DNA of 64,000 nt from an uncultured Trueperaceae bacterium. GTDB lineage: Bacteria; Deinococcota; Deinococci; Deinococcales; Trueperaceae. This document shows positions 29,179-37,964 of the stretch, in pieces. The translations under genes and the position numbers were made by a program. The notes under the pieces are model-generated. The model made no database searches. It was not told where the DNA came from and saw only the letters and a list, made by a program, of their open reading frames with translations. Where the stretch lies: NCBI GenBank assembly GCA_963727505.1, contig CAVSGP010000006.1, positions 160,001 to 224,000 of the forward strand. Reading direction: 5' to 3'. Position 1 is the stretch's first letter; every line of letters begins with the position of its first letter.

Positions 29179-30221
29179 GCTCCGCCGCGCGCCCGAGCGG
29201 CTCGGACCGCGGCGACGCGGGGGCCCGCTGGGCGTCGGCCTGGTCGGGGTGGGGCGCTGGGGCGTGCGGCTCGGCGCGGCACTGCGGCGCGCCGAGGGCG
29301 TGAAGCTCATCAGCTGCTACGCGCGCACGGCCGAGGCGCGCGGAGGCGGCGGCTCGGGAGCTCGGGTGCAACGCCGCGGCCACGCTGGAGGCGCTGCTGG
29401 ACGACCCGCGGGTCGAGGCGGTGGTCGTGGCGACCCCCAACGCCAGCCACGAGGCCATCACGCTGGCCGCCGCCGCGCGCGGCGTGCACGTGTTCGTCGA
29501 GAAGCCGATCGCCCCCGACGAGGCGGCCGCCCGCGCCATGGCGGCGGCTTGCGAGCGCGCCGGCGTGACGCTGCAGGTGGGCCACGCCTTCCGGCGGCTG
29601 GGTGCGTCGCGCGCCGCGCACCGGATGGTGCGCTCGGGCGCGCTCGGCACGGTGGTGCTCGCCGAGGCCAACTTCTCGCTGCCCGGCGCGTTCGCGCCCG
29701 GCAACTGGCGCTCCCAGCGGGCGACGCTGCCGGGCGGCCCCATGACGCAACTCGGTGTTCACCACGCCGACACCCTGCAGGCATGGCTGGGCCCGGCGGT
29801 GCGGGTCCGGGGCTCGTTGGGGCACGTGGCCGCGGACGCCGATATCGACGACGTGGCCGTTGCGGTGCTGGAGCACGGCTCGGGCGCCCGCTCGGTCATC
29901 GCCTGTAGTTACGTCTCGCCCAAGACCTATCGCATCCGGCTCTACGGCACGCGCGCCAACCTGGAGCTGCGCACCGCGATGGCGCTGTGGCCGGAGGCCG
30001 AGCGCATGGACGCGGGGACCACCCTGACGCTGGAGATGGACGGCGGCTCCCGGCGGGTGCCGTTCGCGGTGCGCGACATGCTGGTCGACGAACTGGAAGC
30101 CTTCGGGCGCTGCGCACGGTCGGGGGAGGCGCCCGAGACCGGCGCCGAGGAGGGCATCGCGGCGCTGCGCGTCATCCTCGGCGTGTTGCCGGCGGAGGCG
30201 GCCCGCGAGGTCGCGCGCTGA
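29175..30221 (+). CDS. Gfo/Idh/MocA oxidoreductase with two compensating frameshifts (~29221, ~29342)
   Basis: GLVGVGRWG Rossmann motif is in one frame; LLDDPRVEAVVVATPNASH, HVFVEKP and GGPMTQLGVHHAD are in another. Confidence 0.8.
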
Positions 30222-30311
30222 ACGGCTGCGTGGCAGGGAGCGCGCTAGGAATGGGGCACGACCGAGATGTTCCGGGGCAGGCGCGAGCAGCGCGCCGGAA
30301 GGAGTGACGCC

Positions 30312-30941
30312 ATGGAGAAGCAACGCATCAGCTACGTGGATCCCAAGACGCTCGAGGACCCGAAGATGCTCGAGGAGCTACAGCGCTGCGCCCGCGAGGG
30401 CACGCCCCGGCCCGAGAGCTCCGCGGTGCGCGCCCACGTGCCCGCGGTGTTCTGGTCGTTCGCGAACAGCTGGCGCGACGTGTTCAAGCACGGCGTGTGC
30501 GACCACGCCATCAAGGAGCTGTGCAGGGTGTACGTGTCGCGGTCGGTGAAGTGCGAGTACTGCGGCAACCAGCGCTCCATGACGGCGGCCAGGGACGGTC
30601 TCGAGGAAGAGGACTACCGCGCGCTGATGGAGTTCGAGAGCGCAGGCCGCTACGACGACCGTCAGAAGGCCGCGCTGTCGCTGGCCCAGGCCATCGCCTG
30701 GCACTCCGACCTGAGCGACGAGGACTGGGCACGGCTTCACCGGCACTTCAGCGAGCCCGAACTGGTGGAGCTGGGCTACTTCATCGGCCTGACGCTCGGC
30801 CAGCAGAGCTTCCTCAGGCTGCTCAACATCGGGCACCACGAGGTGCTGGATCTCGGGGACGCCTCGCTGGCGCCCGGGTTCGAGACCAAGGAGGAGATGG
30901 CCGAGACGCGTGCGTCGGAGGACTACTGGGCCCGCAAGTGA
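30312..30941 (+). CDS. AhpD/carboxymuconolactone-decarboxylase-like protein
   Basis: KELCRVYVSRSVKCEYC (CxxC), RQKAAL and LHRHFSEPELVEL motifs; AAGGAG RBS. Confidence 0.78.
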   Translation: MEKQRISYVDPKTLEDPKMLEELQRCAREGTPRPESSAVRAHVPAVFWSFANSWRDVFKHGVCDHAIKELCRVYVSRSVKCEYCGNQRSMTAARDGLEEEDYRALMEFESAGRYDDRQKAALSLAQAIAWHSDLSDEDWARLHRHFSEPELVELGYFIGLTLGQQSFLRLLNIGHHEVLDLGDASLAPGFETKEEMAETRASEDYWARK

Positions 30942-30944
30942 GGG

Positions 30945-32408
30945 CTACTCCGGCAACACCATCTGGATCGCCTTCACGCGGCTGAAGTTGCGCATCGCTT
31001 CGAGGAAGTCCTTCTTGCGACCCACGCCGCTGCGCTTGTAGCCGCCGAAGGGTAGCCCCAGCTCACCGGTGTTGACGCGGTTGACCGACACGACCCCGGC
31101 CTCGATGCGGGTGGCCATGCGGTGGGCGACCCCCAGGTCGCGGGTCCAGACCCCGCTGGTGAGTCCGTAGTCGACGGCGTTGACGATGGCAACGGCCTGA
31201 TCCTCGTCGGCGAACGGCAGGACGCCGGCGACGGGACCGAAGACCTCGGACGTCATGATCTCGGCGTCGGCCGCTGCCTCCGTCACCACCGTGGGCGCGA
31301 TCCAGAAGCCGCCCTTCAGGCGCGCGTCCGACGGCAGGTCGGCGTGTGCGGGGATGCAGGCCCCGGCGGCGGCGGCGCGCTCGAGGGCGCCCTGCACCTT
31401 CTCCTGCTGGCGCTTGCTGACCATCGGCCCCACGATGGAGCGTTCGTCGAAGCCCTCGCCCACGTAGAGGCCGGCCACGGCGGAGGTGAAGCGCTCCATG
31501 AAGGACGGGTAGATCGACTCGTGCACCAGCACCCGCTCGCTGCCCGAGCACGCTTGCCCGCTGTTGAAGAAGGCGCTGCGCACCATGCCCTCCACGGCCT
31601 TGTCGAGATCCGCGTCGGGGAAGATGATGGAGGCGTTCTTGCCGCCGAGCTCCATCATGGTGGGCAGGATGCGCTTCGCCGCGGCGGCCAGGATCTTCTC
31701 GCCGGTGAGGTCGGAGCCGGTGAAGGCGATGAAGTCGATGCCGCGGTGCGCCACGAGCTGCACGCCGGTCTCGACGCCGCCCGTGACCACGTTGAGCACG
31801 CCCGGCGGCAGGACGTCGGCCGCCAGCTCGGCGATGCGCAGCGATGACAGGGGCGTCTCGGGCGCGGGCTTGAGGACAACGGTGTTGCCGGTGGCGAGCG
31901 CCAGCGCCGCGAAGTCGGCGGTGTGCATGGGGGGCCAGTTCCAGGGGATGATGACGGCGACCACCCCGTAGGGCTCGTAGACGATCTTGCGCATCTCCGT
32001 CGGGCTGTCGTAGACGCTCTGGCCGTAGAACTTGTCGGAGGCGCCGGCGTAGAAGCGGAAGGTGCGTTCGGCGTTGGTGACGTCGCGCGCCGACTGCACG
32101 CGCGGCTTGCCGTTCTCCCACGTCTCGAGGTCGACGAGCTCGTCGTGGTGCTCGTGGATCAGGCGGGCGATCTCGAAGAGCATCGCGCCCCGCTTCTCGG
32201 GGCTGACCCAGCGCCAGGTACGGTAGGCGTCGCGGGCCGATGCCACCGCGTGGTCGACGTCGGCTTCGCTGGCGGAGGGGGCCTCGCCGAGCACCTCGCC
32301 GGTCGCGGGGTTCACGACCTCCAGGGCTGAGGTGCCGTCACCGTCGACGAACGCGCCGCCGATGAGCATCTTCCAGGTCGCGTGGTCTTTGTAGGGGTGG
32401 TAGGCCAT
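30945..32408 (-). CDS. Aldehyde dehydrogenase
   Basis: PWNWP, KPAPETP, FTGS, ELGGK, NSGQAC, EVFGP and PFGGYKRSG motifs. Confidence 0.93.
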   Translation of the reverse strand: MAYHPYKDHATWKMLIGGAFVDGDGTSALEVVNPATGEVLGEAPSASEADVDHAVASARDAYRTWRWVSPEKRGAMLFEIARLIHEHHDELVDLETWENGKPRVQSARDVTNAERTFRFYAGASDKFYGQSVYDSPTEMRKIVYEPYGVVAVIIPWNWPPMHTADFAALALATGNTVVLKPAPETPLSSLRIAELAADVLPPGVLNVVTGGVETGVQLVAHRGIDFIAFTGSDLTGEKILAAAAKRILPTMMELGGKNASIIFPDADLDKAVEGMVRSAFFNSGQACSGSERVLVHESIYPSFMERFTSAVAGLYVGEGFDERSIVGPMVSKRQQEKVQGALERAAAAGACIPAHADLPSDARLKGGFWIAPTVVTEAAADAEIMTSEVFGPVAGVLPFADEDQAVAIVNAVDYGLTSGVWTRDLGVAHRMATRIEAGVVSVNRVNTGELGLPFGGYKRSGVGRKKDFLEAMRNFSRVKAIQMVLPE

Positions 32409-32545
32409 CCGCTGTCTCCTCCGCCGGGGCCGGCCCTCGGCGCGTTACGACAAGAACTCGGGCGCCTGCAAGCTAGTGCGCGCGCCCGCTTCGCTGGAGC
32501 GCCCGCCGGGATGCAAGCGCATACATAATATGTAATGTCTTGCAA

Positions 32546-32566
32546 GAAGTATGGTGGTCATACCTC
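32546..32566. promoter_or_regulatory. Putative FadR-type operator O1 (module B)
   Basis: GAAGTATGGTGGTCATACCTC; 19/21 identical to 15561-15581. Confidence 0.7.
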
Positions 32567-32580
32567 TCGGGAATGCCGTG

Positions 32581-32662
32581 AAGGTAGCATGTTGCTCGCG
32601 CCCCTGTCAAGGAACGCGGCGGTTCGCACGGGTTTGACAGCCCCCCGCCGGTGTGCTAGTTT
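32581..32662. promoter_or_regulatory. Back-to-back sigma70 promoters (module B)
   Basis: Plus: TTGACA(32634)-17-TAGTTT with TGn. Minus: TTGACA(32610-32605)-18-TACCTT with TGn. The -35 boxes are 23 bp apart, as in module A. Confidence 0.8.
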
Positions 32663-32790
32663 GAGCGGCGTCCACAACTAGATTCCGGTACTCTCGCCGC
32701 TACGCTCGGGCGGCCCGGGCACCGCTTCACCTGGCGAAGCTGTCCATGGTCCAAGGAGCCGCTCGCGTGGCACGTTGCAGTCCGATCCCC

Positions 32791-32826
32791 CGGTGGTATG
32801 ACCACCACACCACGAATAGTTATCGA
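32791..32826. promoter_or_regulatory. Putative FadR-type operator O2 block (module B)
   Basis: CGGTGGTATGACCACCACACCACGAATAGTTATCGA. Confidence 0.72.
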
Positions 32827-33111
32827 ACATGTTGTCATTTCCGGGACCCGAGGCGCGCTCAAGCGCCCGGGCGCCGCCTGGTTGCGCGCGCCCGTCCCTT
32901 GCAGGCCGCTCCGCGGCCCTGGTCCGGTGTGTCCTCTCTGGAGGTGTTCGCTCCCGGCATGGCAGCCGCCCACCGCTTCGCGGTGCGGTCCTCCATGCGG
33001 ATCGAGGAGGTGGGCGCTCCAACCTGACCGGGCGCGCCGAGCGTACGTGGGGTCCGCCCGACGTGCCGCCCAGAACACCTTGGCATCACGTGCTTGCCCA
33101 TGGAGGCAGAC

Positions 33112-34311
33112 ATGCACAAGAGGATCACGGCGCTCGTCGTCGCGGCCGCGCTGCTCGCAGCGCTCGGCGTCGCGGCTGCGCAGGGCCCCATCAAGATCGG
33201 TATCTCGCTCTCGCTCTCCGGAGACTTCTCTGCCGACGGGCAGGGGTTCCAGCAGGGCTACAAGCTGTGGGCCGACCAGGTCAACGCCAACGGGGGGCTG
33301 CTCGGGCGCCAGGTGCAGCTCGACATCGTCAACGACAACTCCAGCCCCGACCAGGTGCAGACCAACTACCAGAAGCTCATCACGGTGGACAAGGTGCCGC
33401 TCGTGCTGGGGCCGTTCTCGACGCTGCTCACCAAGCCCGCGTCGGTGGTGGCCAACCGCTACGGCTACGCCATGGTGGAAGGCGCGGGCGGCGCGCCGTC
33501 GGTGTTCAACCGCGGGCTGAAGAACGTCTTCGACGTGGCACTGCCGGTGATCAACGACCTGGACAGCTTCACGCAGTACGTCCTCTCGTTGCCCGCCTCC
33601 GAGCGCCCCAAGACGGTGGCCTACGCCACCAACGACGACCCCTTCACGCAGCCGCAGATCGAGCGCTCGCGCAAGCTGTTCGAGGCCGCCGGGCTGAAGA
33701 CGGTGTCGTACCAGACCTATCCGTCGGAGACCACCGACTTCAACCCCATCGCCGACAAGATCATCCAGTCGAAGGCCGATCTCGTGGTGGCCGGGACCTT
33801 CATGCCCGACATCGTTGCCTTCGTGCAGCGCTTCCGGCAGCAACACTACAACCCGCAGGGGCTCATCGCGACGGCGGGGCCCGACCTGGGCTCGCAGTTC
33901 ATCCAGGCCGTCGGCGGTGCGCAGAACGCCGAGGGCATCCTGGTGCCCAACACCTGGTACCCGGGTGCCGAGAATCCCGGAAACGCAGCGTTCGTGAAGG
34001 CGTTCATCGCCAAGTTCGGAGGCAAGGCCGCCGACATCAACGGCGATGCCGCCGAGGGATACGCGGCCGGCCAGGTGCTGCAGGCGGCGGTCGAGAAGGT
34101 CGGCAGCCTCGACAACGCCAAGATCATCGCCGAGCTGCACTCCGGTGACACCTTCAAGAGCATCCTCGGTGACGTGACCTTCAACGACGTGGGCGAGAAC
34201 ACCGCGGCCAAGGCCTACCTGTTCCAGTGGCAGAACGACCACTACCTGCCGGTCTATCCGGACAGCGCAGCCGCGGCGCCGTTCGAGTACCCCAAGCCGG
34301 CCTGGAATTGA
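33112..34311 (+). CDS. Liv/HAAT-type ABC substrate-binding protein (copy 2)
   Basis: Signal peptide; QGPIKIGISL...NGGLLGRQVQLDI; clear paralog of 18480-19670. Confidence 0.9.
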   Translation: MHKRITALVVAAALLAALGVAAAQGPIKIGISLSLSGDFSADGQGFQQGYKLWADQVNANGGLLGRQVQLDIVNDNSSPDQVQTNYQKLITVDKVPLVLGPFSTLLTKPASVVANRYGYAMVEGAGGAPSVFNRGLKNVFDVALPVINDLDSFTQYVLSLPASERPKTVAYATNDDPFTQPQIERSRKLFEAAGLKTVSYQTYPSETTDFNPIADKIIQSKADLVVAGTFMPDIVAFVQRFRQQHYNPQGLIATAGPDLGSQFIQAVGGAQNAEGILVPNTWYPGAENPGNAAFVKAFIAKFGGKAADINGDAAEGYAAGQVLQAAVEKVGSLDNAKIIAELHSGDTFKSILGDVTFNDVGENTAAKAYLFQWQNDHYLPVYPDSAAAAPFEYPKPAWN

Positions 34312-34331
34312 GGTGAGGACCTACGGGTTCC

Positions 34332-34361
34332 GGAGGGGCGGCGCGCAGGCGCCGTCCCTCC
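34332..34361 (+). terminator. Stem-loop after SBP gene
   Basis: GGAGGGGCGGCGC-GCAG-GCGCCGTCCCTCC; no U-tract. Confidence 0.5.
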
Positions 34362-34434
34362 CCCCGGCGCAGGTCCCCCGCCCGCACAGGCGGGTGGGCG
34401 GTCACCGCGGCGGGACCGACTCGGGAGTCGAGCC

Positions 34435-35310
34435 ATGCGCATAATCATCGACGCCATCATCACGGGCGTGCTGTCCGGCGGGATCTACGTCCTCATGGCG
34501 CTGGGGCTGACGCTGATCTTCGGCGTGATGGACATCATCAACGTCGGCCAGGGAGCGCTCGTGATCCTGGGCGCCTATCTCAGCTACGTCCTGCAACAGC
34601 ACCTCCACATCGACCTCTTCCTCGGGCTGCTCATCACCATGCCGGTGATGTTCGCCTTCGGGGTGGCGCTGGAAGCGGCGTTCGTGCGCCCCATCCGCTG
34701 GGAGCGCACCACGCTGTCCATCCTCATCACGTTCGCCATCGCACTGCTCATCCAGGGGGCGCTGTCGCTGGTCTTTTCGACCAACCTGGTGCAGATGCAT
34801 GCCTGGTACGTCGACCACTCTGTCAAGATCGGCAGCTTCTACCTGGCGTGGATCTACATCTTCGATTTTCTGTTGAGCGTCGTGCTGGTCATCGGCCTCT
34901 ACCTGCTCCTGAACCGCACCAAGTTCGGCGCCGGACTGCGCGCTTCCATGCAGAACCGCACCGCCGCGCAGCTCATCGGCATCGACGTCGAGCGCGTCTC
35001 GGCGATCACCTTCGGCATCGGTGTGGCCCTGGCCGCCGCCGGCGGCATGGCCTACGGCGCGACCTCGGCGTTCAACCCCAACAGTCAGTACGACCTGATC
35101 TCGCGGCTGCTGGCCATCATCATCCTGGGCGGCATGGGCAGTCTCCGTGGCGCCGTCGTGGCGGGCTTCGGGATGCTCGTCATCGAGGACGTCACCTCGG
35201 TGGTGTGGTCGCCGGTATGGGCCAGCACGGTGTTCTACATGGCGCTGGTGCTGGTGCTGGTGGTCCGGCCGCAGGGGCTGTTCGGGCGCATGGCGGGTAG
35301 GCAGCAATGA
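34435..35310 (+). CDS. Liv-type ABC permease (LivH-like)
   Basis: GLTLIFGVMDIIN and ILGGMGSL motifs. Confidence 0.92.
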   Translation: MRIIIDAIITGVLSGGIYVLMALGLTLIFGVMDIINVGQGALVILGAYLSYVLQQHLHIDLFLGLLITMPVMFAFGVALEAAFVRPIRWERTTLSILITFAIALLIQGALSLVFSTNLVQMHAWYVDHSVKIGSFYLAWIYIFDFLLSVVLVIGLYLLLNRTKFGAGLRASMQNRTAAQLIGIDVERVSAITFGIGVALAAAGGMAYGATSAFNPNSQYDLISRLLAIIILGGMGSLRGAVVAGFGMLVIEDVTSVVWSPVWASTVFYMALVLVLVVRPQGLFGRMAGRQQ

Positions 35311-36371
35311 AGACGCTGCGCCCCGTCCTGCTGCTCGCGCTGCTGGTCTTCGCGGTGGCCTTCCCGCTGCTGTTCCCCAACCCCGCCGTCGACACGGTGG
35401 CGGTGCTGACCGTCATGTTCGCCGCCGCCGTCACCGCCTGGAACGCCTTCTCGGGGTACAGCGGCTACATCTCCATCGGCCACGCCGCCTTCTTCGGGAT
35501 CGGCTCCTACGCCGTCGCCATCCTGTGCCAGGACTGGCATGTGCCCGGCGGCTTCCTGCCCTTCCTGCTGCTCCCGCTCGCCGGGCTCATCGCCGCGGTG
35601 CTCGCCGTCCCGATGGGCTGGGTGGCGCTCAGGACGCGGAAGCACACGTTCGTGATCCTGACCATCGCGATGTTCTTCATCATGCAGCTCATGGCCTTCA
35701 ACCTCCGCAGCATCACCAACGGCTCGCGGGGCATGAGCCTGCCGATCCCCACCGCCTGGAGTGGCACCTTCTACGACCTGCCCTTCTACTACGTGGGGCT
35801 GGCCGTGCTGCTGCTGGCATTGGGCGTGTCGTGGTGGATCCGCAACTCCAAGTACGGACTCGGGCTGCTCGCGATCCGCGACGACGAGGACCGCGCCCGC
35901 GGCCTCGGCGTGCGTACCGGCGCTTTCAAGCTCACGGCTTTCGTCATCGCCGCCTTCTTCTTCGGCGTGGTGGGGGGGCTCCACGCCTACTTCGTCGAGT
36001 CGATCTTCCCGGCCTTCGCCTTCGATCCGCTGATCGACCTGATGGTGGCCCTGATGGCCTTCCTGGGCGGGCTCGGCACGCTGGCAGGGCCCGTGCTCGG
36101 TGCGCTCATCCTGGAGCCGGCCCAGCAGTACTTCACCATCTGGTTCAGCAAGCCCGGTTACTACCTGATGATCTACGGGGCGCTGTTCCTGCTCATCATC
36201 CTGCTCCTGCCCCAGGGGATCATCCCGGCTCTGCGCGCGCGCTTCACGCGGACCGAGGCGCTGGCGGGGCCGGTGCGGCGTGGGGACGCCGCCGACGGCC
36301 CGTCGGGCGACGGATTGTCGGCGGCCGCCTTGATCGGGGACGGCGACGCGGAGCCAGGGGGTCGAGCATGA
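35307..36371 (+). CDS. Liv-type ABC permease (LivM-like)
   Basis: GYISIGHAAFFG, AIRDDEDRA and GGLGTLAGP motifs. Confidence 0.92.
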   Translation: MKTLRPVLLLALLVFAVAFPLLFPNPAVDTVAVLTVMFAAAVTAWNAFSGYSGYISIGHAAFFGIGSYAVAILCQDWHVPGGFLPFLLLPLAGLIAAVLAVPMGWVALRTRKHTFVILTIAMFFIMQLMAFNLRSITNGSRGMSLPIPTAWSGTFYDLPFYYVGLAVLLLALGVSWWIRNSKYGLGLLAIRDDEDRARGLGVRTGAFKLTAFVIAAFFFGVVGGLHAYFVESIFPAFAFDPLIDLMVALMAFLGGLGTLAGPVLGALILEPAQQYFTIWFSKPGYYLMIYGALFLLIILLLPQGIIPALRARFTRTEALAGPVRRGDAADGPSGDGLSAAALIGDGDAEPGGRA

Positions 36372-37099
36372 GTCTGCTGGCAGCGACCGGGGTGTCCAAG
36401 TCGTTCGGCGGCGTGCAGGCGCTCGACGGCTGCTCGATCACGGTCGAGAAGGGAAGCCTGACCGGCCTCATCGGACCCAACGGCTCGGGCAAGACCACGC
36501 TGTTCAACGTCATGACGGGCTACGAGACGGTGGACGCGGGCGAGATCGCCTTCGACGGCAAGCCCATCACCAACGCCACCCCCGACCGGGTGTTCCAGCT
36601 CGGTATCGCGCGCACCTTCCAGCTCACCCGCATCTTCCCGCGCCTTTCGGTGCTGGAGAACATGCACGTGGCGGCCCAGCGGCAGGGCTGGCGCTCGCTG
36701 TTCGGGCGCTGGAGCTCGTCGACGGAGCACGAACGGGCGCTGGAGCTGCTCGGCTTCGTGGGCCTCACCCGCCTCAAGGACGTGCCCGCGCGCAACCTCT
36801 CCTACGGCCAGAAGAAGCTGCTCGAGTTCGCCTACGTACTGGTGGCCGAGCCCGAGGTGATCCTGCTCGACGAGCCGGCCGGAGGCGTCAACCCGACCAT
36901 GATCCGCTACCTGACCGAGCGGATCCGCGAGCTCCACGAGCGCGGGGTGACCTTCCTGATGGTGGAGCACAACATGGAGTTCGTGATGGGCCTGTGCGAC
37001 CGCGTGGTCGTCATGAACCACGGCGAGACCATCGCCGATGGCGACCCCGAGACCGTCCGCAGCGATCCACAGGTCCTCGAAGCCTACCTGGGGGCGTGA
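36368..37099 (+). CDS. Liv-type ABC ATPase (LivG-like)
   Basis: [18 protein letters not shown] and VEHNM motifs; ATGA overlap. Confidence 0.92.
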   Translation: MSLLAATGVSKSFGGVQALDGCSITVEKGSLTGLIGPNGSGKTTLFNVMTGYETVDAGEIAFDGKPITNATPDRVFQLGIARTFQLTRIFPRLSVLENMHVAAQRQGWRSLFGRWSSSTEHERALELLGFVGLTRLKDVPARNLSYGQKKLLEFAYVLVAEPEVILLDEPAGGVNPTMIRYLTERIRELHERGVTFLMVEHNMEFVMGLCDRVVVMNHGETIADGDPETVRSDPQVLEAYLGA

Positions 37100-37101
37100 G
37101 C

Positions 37102-37824
37102 ATGCTTCTGGAGATGCGCAATGTAACGGCCGGCTACGACGGCAGTGACGTACTCAAGTCTCTCGACCTCAACGTGGAGGAGGGCTCGGTCACGTGCATC
37201 GTCGGGCCCAACGGTGCGGGTAAGTCGACGGTGCTGAAGGTGGTGAGCGGCCTCCTCAAGCCGCGGCGCGGCGAGATGCTCTTCCAGGGACGCGCCGTCA
37301 CCGGGCTCAACCCGCGCAAGGCCCTGGGGCTCGGCATCGTCCAGGTGCCGCAGAACCACAGTCTCTTCCCGGACATGACGGTCCGCGAGAACGTCCGCCT
37401 GGGCGGCTTCACCATCCCCGATCCCGCCCGCGTCGAGGAGCGCATGCGTGAGGTCGAAGCGATGTTCCCGATCGTGCGTGAGCGTGCCGGCGAGAAGGCG
37501 GGCAACCTCTCCGGTGGCCAGCAGCGGCTGGTGGAGTTCGCGCGCTCGCTGATGCTCGACCCCCGGATGATCCTGCTCGACGAACCCTCGATGGGTCTCG
37601 ACCCGAAGACCATGAAGACGGTGTTCGAGACCGTGGCGCGTATGCATGAGGGTGGCCGGACCATCCTGCTGGTCGAGCAGAACGTGCGGGCCGGACTCGC
37701 CATCGCCACCCGCGGCATCGTGTTGGAGAGCGGGCAGGTGCGCCTGGAAGGTTCGCACGACGAGGTCCTCGGCAACCCGCAGATCGGCCGGCTCTACCTG
37801 GGCACCGCGCTCGCCGACGCCTGA
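37102..37824 (+). CDS. Liv-type ABC ATPase (LivF-like)
   Basis: [23 protein letters not shown] and LVEQN motifs. Confidence 0.92.
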   Translation: MLLEMRNVTAGYDGSDVLKSLDLNVEEGSVTCIVGPNGAGKSTVLKVVSGLLKPRRGEMLFQGRAVTGLNPRKALGLGIVQVPQNHSLFPDMTVRENVRLGGFTIPDPARVEERMREVEAMFPIVRERAGEKAGNLSGGQQRLVEFARSLMLDPRMILLDEPSMGLDPKTMKTVFETVARMHEGGRTILLVEQNVRAGLAIATRGIVLESGQVRLEGSHDEVLGNPQIGRLYLGTALADA

Positions 37825-37964
37825 CGCCTCGGCGCCCCGCGCGCCGCGAGGTGTACCGTCCCCGACGTCGCCCGGCGAGACCGTTTCGCCGGGCGATTAG
37901 ACTGGAGCGCAGGCGTCGCCCGCTGGAGGGACACCGTTCGAGGCAGGTCGCTGGAGGGAGCCAC

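Noticed and set aside
24535..29345. Programmed ribosomal frameshifting or phase variation at the four frame breaks
   Set aside because: No slippery heptamers or long homopolymers (only a G5 run), and the signs are mixed. Sequencing error or decay is more parsimonious.
15527..32826. Duplicated module as IS ends or att sites of a mobile element
   Set aside because: The copies are patchily conserved promoter/operator elements rather than terminal repeats, and there is no transposase, integrase or target-site duplication.
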